DNA of 61,390 nt from the NCBI GenBank assembly GCA_016176335.1, contig JACOXI010000005.1, positions 1-61,390 of the forward strand. The letters are read 5' to 3'. Position 1 is the stretch's first letter, and each line of letters begins with the position of its first letter. Positions 1-7,089 of the stretch are shown piece by piece. The notes beneath the pieces were generated by a model. That model did no database searches and was not told the DNA's origin. It was given only the letters and a program-made list of their open reading frames with translations. Both the position numbers and the translations under genes were made by a program. This stretch comes from Candidatus Daviesbacteria bacterium (GTDB taxonomy: Bacteria > Patescibacteriota > Microgenomatia > Daviesbacterales > UBA10151).

Positions 1-474
1 GGAGTTGAAATACGCGCCGCCGTCTGGTCTTTTTGTTTCCTCACCGCATTTTCTCTGACAATCACCAGAAACCCCAAGGCATTTATAACTTTCTTTATCG
101 AATATTTTCCGGCAGTCCGGACTTTGAGAATTCTCCTGTTTGGTCTCTGAAGCGCTAGGTTTAGTGTTCTCTTTTACCGCGGTAGCGGGAGAATCTACTT
201 TACTTTTTGGTATAGCAGCCAAACAGGCTTTATAATCAGCATCAACCTGATTGTTGCACGCATTTTCGGCTTGAGTGCAGGTATCTCCACATGCCTTCAC
301 ATCTTTTGTCTGATCTACACAAGGATAATAACACTTACTCCATCCTGTTAAGCAATTATATGATGCACTGGCACGAATTTTGTCGCATTCCTCTCTTGTT
401 TGGGCATTAGCTGCCGGGGACAAGAAAAACAAGAAGGATATGACAAGTATAATGAGCAGGATGAATTTTTTCAT
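1..474 (-). CDS. Secreted Cys-rich protein, truncated by window edge (not in ORF track)
   Basis: ATG at 474 reads MKKFILLIILVISFLFFLSPAANAQTREECDKIRASASYNCLTGWSKCYYPC..., open to base 1; signal-peptide-like N-terminus; starts 1 nt after the stop of 476..1804. Confidence 0.85.
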   Translation of the reverse strand, partial: MKKFILLIILVISFLFFLSPAANAQTREECDKIRASASYNCLTGWSKCYYPCVDQTKDVKACGDTCTQAENACNNQVDADYKACLAAIPKSKVDSPATAVKENTKPSASETKQENSQSPDCRKIFDKESYKCLGVSGDCQRKCGEETKRPDGGAYFNS

Positions 475-475
475 T

Positions 476-1804
476 TTATCTTCTGCGATTGGTTTTGGTC
501 TTTCTTCTTTTGAGAAAGAGTACAACTCCAAACGCCAAAACAACTATTCCGGCAATATATATCCATACTGGCACCTTTGAACCTATTTGATTTTTGGGAA
601 TGGCAATTTTTTCAACGATAGAACCATCTTTCCCAATTTCGAGACGCTTGATTGGCGAACCATAGCTTGAGGCAATGATTTTCTTTTCACCTGTATCGTT
701 ACTTTGGACTTCAATCGACCCGTCATAAATCTCCCATATTGAAACCCCGGTGTCTTTATGGTAGGCAACTCCGAAATCTGTGCCGTAAATTGAAGCGGTA
801 GTATTTGGCGTACTTACCTTCATGTCAGTTTTTATGGGTACCTCTTCAACCTTGAACCGCAGAGCGCCACTTTCTAGTTTTAACTCTCTTCTGTATTTCG
901 TTGGGTCTTTTTGAAAAAGTTCCAGGCTAACTTCCTCAAGTGATTTCAGATTGAATATAATGCCGTTGGAGAATTTAATGAATGCCCTTGAATCATAGCC
1001 GGCAAAGATCGTAGCTCCGGCAGGAATAAAATCCCCATTTTTAAGAGGCAGCCAAGTCCCATCGGCAAGGTGCACATCGATATTTCCGTCAATTTCGTCT
1101 ATCACTCCAGTTAAGGGTTTTTCTGGCGATGGCGACGGTGGAGAAGTATCAGCCGGCTTTAAATCAGTTTCAGCCGGGGCGCTCTCTAAAAGAGATTCAA
1201 CTTGAGGTATTGATCTGCCGAAGATATTATCTTTGATCCAGTCGATGAGCGATTGACCGGATGAAGGTGTAGGCTTGGAGACTTCTGTATCTCCAGTTTC
1301 CTCGGTTTCCGTCTGAGACTGATCGTTCAGTCGACAAACATCAAAACGCCTACCAGCAGATGTTTGAGGAGAACAATCCATGCCTTCCACTGAACACGAC
1401 CCTTTTCCGGTCGCTTTCCATACATACGTATTGCTGCACTTGGAGTATTCTTCGTCAAGCTGTTTTAAGGGACCTGTACATTGAGCTTCAAATTCTGCTG
1501 TTGTCCGTTGCGATTCCCTGCCTTCGCATGTCTCTATAAGCCAACCCACAACACCTGGTATACAATCATTGCATCTGTCAGCCAATTTAGCTTTCTGGTC
1601 CAATAACCCTTTACAATCATCCTCGGCCGCTCGTTTGCACTCAAGAATCTGATAGTCGCGCGCTCCGGTACATACTTGCGAGACTTGTCCTAAGGTTCCA
1701 CATGAGGTTCCGGAAACAGAATCGTTTTGGGCAAAAAGCAAAGGGGTACGAAAAAATAGTAACAAAAAGACGAAAAAACCTATTGGCAGGAGGAATTTTT
1801 TCAC
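476..1804 (-). CDS. Surface protein: signal peptide, Cys-rich domain, P/S/T linker, FecR-like beta domain, C-terminal TM anchor with basic tail
   Basis: FecR-like segment ..GATIFAGYDSRAFIKFSNG..LESGALRFKV..VSTPNTTASIYGTDFGV; C-terminal VWIYIAGIVVLAFGVVLFLKRRK. Confidence 0.7.
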   Translation of the reverse strand: MKKFLLPIGFFVFLLLFFRTPLLFAQNDSVSGTSCGTLGQVSQVCTGARDYQILECKRAAEDDCKGLLDQKAKLADRCNDCIPGVVGWLIETCEGRESQRTTAEFEAQCTGPLKQLDEEYSKCSNTYVWKATGKGSCSVEGMDCSPQTSAGRRFDVCRLNDQSQTETEETGDTEVSKPTPSSGQSLIDWIKDNIFGRSIPQVESLLESAPAETDLKPADTSPPSPSPEKPLTGVIDEIDGNIDVHLADGTWLPLKNGDFIPAGATIFAGYDSRAFIKFSNGIIFNLKSLEEVSLELFQKDPTKYRRELKLESGALRFKVEEVPIKTDMKVSTPNTTASIYGTDFGVAYHKDTGVSIWEIYDGSIEVQSNDTGEKKIIASSYGSPIKRLEIGKDGSIVEKIAIPKNQIGSKVPVWIYIAGIVVLAFGVVLFLKRRKTKTNRRR

Positions 1805-2024
1805 TCTAATACCAGATTAGCATTGAAAAACCTACCAAGTCAATGCTTTATTAGCAACTGCAGGTGGAGTATCCTACTTTTTCTTCAGACGAAGTCGCAA
1901 GATTCTCTTCATTTTGGCAGTCTGAATTTAAGCTCAAATGGGATATAATTAGCCTTAAAATGATTTGTTCTGTTCCCGCTATTTGCCTACCTTTAAAGAC
2001 ATGTGGGGATTATAGCAGGAATTT

Positions 2025-2477
2025 TTAATTCAAGATGATTATTGCCAAGTTTAGGACAGTTGCAAAAGAGACCCAAAGGAGATAAGGGATTAAAAGATTT
2101 CCTGCTAATTTGTTTATTTTATAAAGGGCTTTAATTGTTAAAACAATTGCTATCCACAAGGCTATAATATCCACCAAAGCAAGGGCAGGGTTTCTCATGC
2201 CAAAAAAGATTACGGACCAAACTGCATTCAAAATAAGCTGTATCCAGAAAACAGTCGGAACTTTTTTCTTTGTCCAAACTAAATATAAAGAAATTCCCAT
2301 TAAAATATAAAGAATGGTCCAAACAGGGCCAAACACCCAGTTGGGCGGAGAAAAGATGGGTTTATTTAAAGTTTGATACCAGGTAGGAATGGCAGAGACA
2401 GTGAAGAAGGAGCCCATAATCCCCGCTCCCAAACAAAGACCAATGGATAAAATAAGTTTTGGAATATTTTTAGGCAT
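2025..2477 (-). CDS. tspO: TspO/MBR tryptophan-rich sensory protein
   Basis: WYQTLNKPIFSPPNWVFGPVWTILY and LLIPYLLWVSFATVLN motifs, five hydrophobic segments. Confidence 0.95.
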   Translation of the reverse strand: MPKNIPKLILSIGLCLGAGIMGSFFTVSAIPTWYQTLNKPIFSPPNWVFGPVWTILYILMGISLYLVWTKKKVPTVFWIQLILNAVWSVIFFGMRNPALALVDIIALWIAIVLTIKALYKINKLAGNLLIPYLLWVSFATVLNLAIIILN

Positions 2478-2575
2478 TACTTCCAGTAAATCAGGTTTAA
2501 AGTAAGATTGTCAATTAGCAAGGGTAAATAAGTGTAACCAAAAGTATCGCATATGTGTTTATATAATTCGCTTAA

Positions 2576-2605
2576 TTGACAGAATATATACATCTGATGT
2601 ATACT
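2576..2605 (+). promoter_or_regulatory. Sigma-70 promoter of the VapBC pair with palindromic operator
   Basis: TTGACA 2576-2581, TATACT 2600-2605; inverted repeat TATACATC-T-GATGTATA at 2587-2603. Confidence 0.75.
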
Positions 2606-2613
2606 ACAAATAT

Positions 2614-2859
2614 ATGATTAGGACTCAAATATATATTCCTGAAACTCTCCATGAAAGAGCTAAAAATGTGGCCAAAAGTAAGAAACAAAGTTTGGCTAAT
2701 TTATATCGTGGCTTTATTGCTGGTGGGCTTCAAGCTGTAGAAAAAAAACGAAGAGGTAATTCCTTAGACTCTTTAATTAAATTAAACTTAAAAGGTGGCC
2801 CAAAGGATTTATCTACAAACATTGATCATTATCTCTATGGCGCACCTAAAAAGAGTTGA
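2614..2859 (+). CDS. Ribbon-helix-helix antitoxin (VapB-like)
   Basis: MIRTQIYIPETLHERAK RHH-type N-terminus; stop overlaps the PIN gene start (TGATG). Confidence 0.75.
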   Translation: MIRTQIYIPETLHERAKNVAKSKKQSLANLYRGFIAGGLQAVEKKRRGNSLDSLIKLNLKGGPKDLSTNIDHYLYGAPKKS

Positions 2860-3278
2860 TGTTAAATATCTTACTCGATACAGATGCTTTAGTTGCATTA
2901 ACTAAAAAGGGTGATTCAAATCGCCGAAAAGCTATTAGTATTCATCAAAAATTAAAAGAAAATGATGTCCAATTCTTTTTATCCCCTTTTACAACTGCGG
3001 AAACAGTTACTGTTTTAAGCTACAAACTTTCGCACGAAGAGGCAAAAAAGTTTTTAATAGAAGCGAGAAAAACAGATTTGCCAATACTATCTCTAGAAGA
3101 TAATTCACCAAATATAGCGGATCAATGGTTCTTTAAACAAAACAAAAAAGGGACTTCTTATTTTGACTGTTACAATATGGCACTTTTAGAAAGATACAAG
3201 AAACAACTTAATGCTATCTTTAGCTTTGACAGTGTTTATAAAAGAAATGGCTTCAAAACAGCAGAAGAAATAATTTAG
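2859..3278 (+). CDS. PIN-domain toxin (VapC family)
   Basis: ILLDTDALVAL, TTAETVT, SYFDCYNMAL, AIFSFDSVY PIN motifs; ATG at 2859 preferred over TTG 2856. Confidence 0.9.
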   Translation: MLNILLDTDALVALTKKGDSNRRKAISIHQKLKENDVQFFLSPFTTAETVTVLSYKLSHEEAKKFLIEARKTDLPILSLEDNSPNIADQWFFKQNKKGTSYFDCYNMALLERYKKQLNAIFSFDSVYKRNGFKTAEEII

Positions 3279-3326
3279 GAATGATAAGCAGGCTCCCAAA
3301 GCACTCTCTGCAAACCCTAAATCCTT

Positions 3327-3342
3327 CTCCAAAAACTCTAAA
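3327..3342. repeat. 16-bp direct repeat, left of higBA (partner 4092-4107)
   Basis: CTCCAAAAACTCTAAA identical at both sites. Confidence 0.75.
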
Positions 3343-3371
3343 ATTACTCCTTGCTATGCTAAACTGAATTT

Positions 3372-3734
3372 ATGGATCAGAAATGGGAAATTATCTATTA
3401 CGAAACCTCTCAAGGTAACTCCCCTGTCTTTGAATTTATCCAAAACCTGGATCCCAAAATTAAATCCAAAGTAATAGGTGTTATGGATTTATTAAAAGAA
3501 CTTGGTACTTTGATAGGCCCTCCACATTCAAAGAAAGTTACAGGCACCCCTTTATGGGAACTTCGCATTCTTGGCGGTGACAATATTAGAATCTTTTATG
3601 TAGCGGTTGTTAATCGGAGATTTTTACTACTCCATGTATTTTTGAAAAAGAAACAAAAGACAGATACCAAGGAAATAAAAACCGCCATTAACAGGCTGGA
3701 TGATTACAAATCTCGTCTAAAAACTGACTCTTGA
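3372..3734 (+). CDS. RelE/ParE-superfamily toxin (HigB-like)
   Basis: PHSKKVTGTPLWELRILGGDNIRIFY and FLLLHVFLKKKQKT motifs; precedes an XRE antitoxin. Confidence 0.9.
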   Translation: MDQKWEIIYYETSQGNSPVFEFIQNLDPKIKSKVIGVMDLLKELGTLIGPPHSKKVTGTPLWELRILGGDNIRIFYVAVVNRRFLLLHVFLKKKQKTDTKEIKTAINRLDDYKSRLKTDS

Positions 3735-3758
3735 AATATCACAATATTGTGATATAAT
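3731..3758 (+). promoter_or_regulatory. Internal promoter for the antitoxin with a perfect 20-bp palindromic operator
   Basis: TTGAAA 3731-3736, extended -10 TGATATAAT ending 3758; ATATCACAATATTGTGATAT at 3736-3755. Confidence 0.75.
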
Positions 3759-3767
3759 GTTTATATC

Positions 3768-4040
3768 ATGATGACCTGGGAAAAACACAGAAAAATATTA
3801 ATGAAAGACCCTGAAGTAAGAAAAGCCTGGAAAGAAACCAGGCTTGAATATGAAATTGCCAGGGCTTTAATCCTTGCCAGAGTGAAAAAGCGCTTAACGC
3901 AAGCCCAACTTGCCAAAAAGCTTAAAACTAAACAATCTGTTATTTCCAGAGTGGAAAGCGGCCAAACCACCCCTTCACTGTCATTCCTAAAAAGATTGGC
4001 CAGCGTCCTTGATACTTCCCTTTCAGTGCAATTTAAGTAA
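3768..4040 (+). CDS. XRE-family HTH antitoxin (HigA-like)
   Basis: LTQAQLAKKLKTKQSVISRVESG helix-turn-helix. Confidence 0.92.
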   Translation: MMTWEKHRKILMKDPEVRKAWKETRLEYEIARALILARVKKRLTQAQLAKKLKTKQSVISRVESGQTTPSLSFLKRLASVLDTSLSVQFK

Positions 4041-4047
4041 TTTGTCC

Positions 4048-4075
4048 TTAATACATACTACTTACTACCTGCTAC
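4048..4075. repeat. Degenerate heptamer tandem
   Basis: TTAATAC ATACTAC TTACTAC CTGCTAC. Confidence 0.55.
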
Positions 4076-4091
4076 CAATTCTTCCCCCCAC

Positions 4092-4107
4092 CTCCAAAAA
4101 CTCTAAA
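4092..4107. repeat. 16-bp direct repeat, right of higBA
   Basis: Identical to 3327-3342. Confidence 0.75.
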
Positions 4108-4121
4108 TTATCTTGACACTG

Positions 4122-4394
4122 TTAATTAAGTTTTACTTTTTTCTCTGCTGATTGCATTGCACTTTCAGCACTTTTAATTGTTGCTTCAAGTATAGTTATT
4201 AATTTCTTTGCATGTTCTCGACTCATACCAAACCTTGCAACAACTCTAACATTATTAGTACTCATAAGTCTTTGCATAACATCAAAAACCACACCATCCT
4301 CATTAGCTGTAATATTAATGTTATCTGTATAAACAATTGGAGTAGAGTCAAAATTAATATTTAAATTTTGTACACCTTTTTTCTTTTCATCCAT
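4122..4394 (-). CDS. DUF3467-like small protein
   Basis: YTDNINITANEDGVVFDV..VVARFGMSREHAKKL pattern; start moved to ATG 4394, which follows AAGGAGGTG. Confidence 0.65.
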   Translation of the reverse strand: MDEKKKGVQNLNINFDSTPIVYTDNINITANEDGVVFDVMQRLMSTNNVRVVARFGMSREHAKKLITILEATIKSAESAMQSAEKKVKLN

Positions 4395-4419
4395 ATAATT
4401 CCACCTCCTTCCAAAAATT

Positions 4420-5070
4420 TTATTCTTCAATTACAGTACCTGAAAATGTACTCTCAATAGATTTCCTAGAGTTAATTGCCCCTTCTTCTGGTTCATTTTT
4501 AGAAGTATTAATCTTAAATTCCAAACCCGACTTGCTTAATCCCATAATAAGAATTCCTAAAATAATCAAACCAGAGGCAATAACTATAAAAAATATCTCC
4601 CGATTGTTATCGCCATTTTTTTCTCTTATTAGGAATCTAAATAAAAGAATAAACAGTATAAGAGTTCCGCTTAACAGTAAATCAATTGCTAGAAAATCTT
4701 GAGCATTTAGATTTTTGCTAGTAAGAAAACTAAAATTTACTGATACAAATGTAAATAATGCAACGAAGATTGCCAATGTTTGAATAACCTTATCTTTAAC
4801 CTCCTCAATTTTATCGAAATAATTTTGAAGTTGTTTACTTGCATCACTTACTTTTCCCTCAATTGGTTTTAGCTTACCATTAAGCTCTTCAATCTTAGTA
4901 ACAAAACTCTTATTTAAATTTTTCAAAGCATCGTCAAGTTGTTGGGGTGTCACCGACGTTTTATCTTCTGAGGTACTAGCATCAGATGAAGGTACAAAAC
5001 CCTTGGATGGAGATAAAGATGCATCTTGATTAGATAAGGATGCACTTGAGGAATTTTCTTTGTTATCCAT
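4420..5070 (-). CDS. Hypothetical membrane protein: coiled-coil N-terminus plus three TM helices
   Basis: IQTLAIFVALFTFVSVNF and two further hydrophobic segments; operonic spacing. Confidence 0.75.
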   Translation of the reverse strand: MDNKENSSSASLSNQDASLSPSKGFVPSSDASTSEDKTSVTPQQLDDALKNLNKSFVTKIEELNGKLKPIEGKVSDASKQLQNYFDKIEEVKDKVIQTLAIFVALFTFVSVNFSFLTSKNLNAQDFLAIDLLLSGTLILFILLFRFLIREKNGDNNREIFFIVIASGLIILGILIMGLSKSGLEFKINTSKNEPEEGAINSRKSIESTFSGTVIEE

Positions 5071-5075
5071 ATTAG

Positions 5076-5780
5076 TTAGAAGAATTCAGAATAAACTTTA
5101 TTTGGTCTTGATGAGATTCCTGATGCCTCTTTTATAAAAGCTTGGACATTAGCTAATTGCCATTGAAGTTTATTTTCTTGGTGAGTATTTAGATCATATT
5201 GAATTAGTATTGCTTTATCTTTATTTGCCAAACCTGTCCCTGTTGTTACGTGCTTATTAAAACGAACATTTTTCCATTTTGCATTGCTTGGCTTCCAATT
5301 ATAAGTCAGAACTAGTTTACCATCACGGATCTCATTTTTATTTTTAACGTCCAGTACTTTTCTTATAAGAGTTTCAGGGTTAGATATTTTTTTGTATATG
5401 GTTGTAATATAACCCACTCTATTGAAGGTTTTATCCTTCAGATCTTTTATCAGATCATATGCTTCTCCCAAAACTTTAGTAACTTCTTCTAAATTAATAC
5501 TGAAATTTTCGTCATGCGCTTTATTTCCCCAATATAAACTAATTTTTGCAGGAGCAATCTTAATGTTTACATCATATTTATTAAGTTGAGCATCTATACG
5601 TACCACGTCTTGTGGGAAATTCTCGGGGAAAGTATTAATTATTAATTTATCACTTTTTATGAAACCCTTACTTAAAAGTTCTGCCTGAAGTTCTGATGCA
5701 CTTTGAATTTTGAATTCATTGGGAAATAATGCAATTTGAACTGTATCTATTATCACGGGAGAGTCTGATTTCTTTGCCAT
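5076..5780 (-). CDS. Hypothetical soluble protein (TIGR04255-like, tentative)
   Basis: Intact 234-aa ORF with TFNRVGYITT and ILIQYDLNT motifs; upstream TTGAGA-17-TAAAAT. Confidence 0.65.
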   Translation of the reverse strand: MAKKSDSPVIIDTVQIALFPNEFKIQSASELQAELLSKGFIKSDKLIINTFPENFPQDVVRIDAQLNKYDVNIKIAPAKISLYWGNKAHDENFSINLEEVTKVLGEAYDLIKDLKDKTFNRVGYITTIYKKISNPETLIRKVLDVKNKNEIRDGKLVLTYNWKPSNAKWKNVRFNKHVTTGTGLANKDKAILIQYDLNTHQENKLQWQLANVQAFIKEASGISSRPNKVYSEFF

Positions 5781-5828
5781 ATTCTTGTGAGCATTTTACT
5801 ACTTAAGAGTAACCATCTCAATAACGCA

Positions 5829-5883
5829 AATTTTACTCCTTCGACTGCGCTCAGGACAAGTCCTTTTTGTGGGTAATTTCCAG
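5829..5883. repeat. 55-bp direct repeat R1 containing a REP-like palindrome
   Basis: AATTTTACTCCTTCGACTGCGCTCAGGACAAGTCCTTTTTGTGGGTAATTTCCAG; near-identical to 6521-6576. Confidence 0.9.
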
Positions 5884-5908
5884 GGTTATAAACTTATAAA
5901 GTTTCCAG

Positions 5909-5937
5909 TTGACAAGTATGCACAAATACGTTATTAT
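5909..5937 (+). promoter_or_regulatory. Near-consensus sigma-70 promoter with no downstream gene on this strand
   Basis: TTGACA-17-TATTAT. Confidence 0.6.
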
Positions 5938-5954
5938 ATGAACAATAATCATCT

Positions 5955-5978
5955 AAAAGCCCCCGCAAGGGGGTTTTT
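5955..5978. terminator. Bidirectional intrinsic terminator
   Basis: AAAAGCCCCC-GCAA-GGGGGTTTTT. Confidence 0.85.
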
Positions 5979-5983
5979 GGATT

Positions 5984-6502
5984 CTAGACCCTCTCCACAA
6001 ATTCTCTTAATTTGTTAAAATTTATATACTTATCTGCAGCCCTTAAAAGTTCAAAAGAGACATGGCCTTTTGAGGAGATTACTACCACTTTTTTATCCTT
6101 ACTTTGCAAGTATCTTACCAAGGCATGAAAATCACTGTCTCCGCTCATCAAAATTGCGGTTGAGTAAAATTTTAGGTCTTTAACCGCATCTATAGTCAAC
6201 TCTACATCTAGATTACCCTTCTTTAAAACAGTTCCGTCAGTCTGTCTTATTAATTTAACTTCCTTTGTTCTTATTTTATAACCCCACTGTTTTAATTTTT
6301 TAAAGAAACCTTGCTGCTTTTTATCATCTTTTAAATATGCAAAGTAGAAGTACACATTATCTAACTGATAATTACTTTTAAAATAATTCATCAACTTTTT
6401 AAAATCTATTTGCCATTTCAAAGTCCTTTGGGAATAAATTACGTTTGCGGCATCGATAAATACTGCAGCTTTGGTAGATTGACGGTAGATAATCTTTCTT
6501 AT
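5984..6502 (-). CDS. NYN/LabA (PIN-like) domain protein; start uncertain
   Basis: KKGNLDVELTID and ILMSGDSDF motifs; the frame extends upstream of the tracked TTG (6421) through AAVFIDAAN, with no ATG/GTG/TTG; ATA 6502 is a tentative start. Confidence 0.8.
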   Translation of the reverse strand: MRKIIYRQSTKAAVFIDAANVIYSQRTLKWQIDFKKLMNYFKSNYQLDNVYFYFAYLKDDKKQQGFFKKLKQWGYKIRTKEVKLIRQTDGTVLKKGNLDVELTIDAVKDLKFYSTAILMSGDSDFHALVRYLQSKDKKVVVISSKGHVSFELLRAADKYINFNKLREFVERV

Positions 6503-6520
6503 TAATGGGCACTTTAAGCT

Positions 6521-6576
6521 AATTTTACTCCTTCGACTGCGCTCAGGACAAGGTCTTTTTTGTGGGTAATTTCCAG
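6521..6576. repeat. Direct repeat R2 (56 bp)
   Basis: Differs from R1 only around AAGGTCTTTTTTG vs AAGTCCTTTTTG. Confidence 0.9.
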
Positions 6577-6790
6577 ATTGGAAGTGGCAATTTTTAGGAC
6601 TTTTTGATGAAAATTACCACCCTTTTAGTTTTTTAAACCACATCTGATGCAGAGGACGTTAAAAAATCGCAGTATTTGCGACTCAGGGGAAACACAAACT
6701 GACCGAACATAGTGAGGGAATTTGTGAGGGGTAAAGTCCCCGAGGAGCAAAGACAAGATTTTAGTCCGAACATCACTTGTGGGAGTTTTG

Positions 6791-6846
6791 TCACACTTTT
6801 GCGACTCGCCTCGCTGTCGCTTGGGCGAAGCGGGCCAAAAGTGTGA
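6791..6846. repeat. Long hairpin with a GC-rich REP-like core
   Basis: TCACACTTTTG ... CAAAAGTGTGA perfect 11-bp arms around CTCGCCTCGC/GCGAAGCGGG. Confidence 0.75.
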
Positions 6847-6871
6847 ATGAAAAAATACTTTTGGGGAATAT

Positions 6872-6900
6872 TTGCTTTGTGGGAAACCCTGTGGTATACT
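6872..6900 (+). promoter_or_regulatory. Promoter for the helicase, implying a ~190-nt 5' UTR
   Basis: TTGCTT-17-TATACT with TG extension. Confidence 0.65.
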
Positions 6901-7089
6901 ACTTTTAGTTGATTTAAGAATCTTAAGCTATAGATTATTTTCCGAAGGAAAACAGTCGTTTTGTGAAGCAAAAGGTATATTTTTTCCTCAAGGACTAGAT
7001 TTTTCAAGTAGCTCCTATCCTGAACATCATCGAAGGATTTTTCTTTTTTCAATTTATTAATTGTTCTTCTTCATCCTCTATTTATTAAG

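Noticed and set aside
1830-2010. Extended -10 (TGCTATAAT) on the minus strand and a TM-anchor-like short frame on the plus strand
   Set aside because: No credible start and ORF on either strand; at most a gene remnant.
5829-6576. R1/R2 as a CRISPR array, attC or pdif sites
   Set aside because: Only two copies, 640 bp apart; no cas or integrase genes; consensus cores are absent.
6724-6745. GAGGGGTAAAGTCC resembles the RNase P RNA GAGGAAAGUCC motif
   Set aside because: The match is imperfect and the 3' P4 partner motif was not found.
6633-7052. 139-aa minus-strand ORF, and the plus-strand ORF 6872..7060
   Set aside because: They overlap the helicase promoter, UTR and palindromes, and have no protein-like motif.
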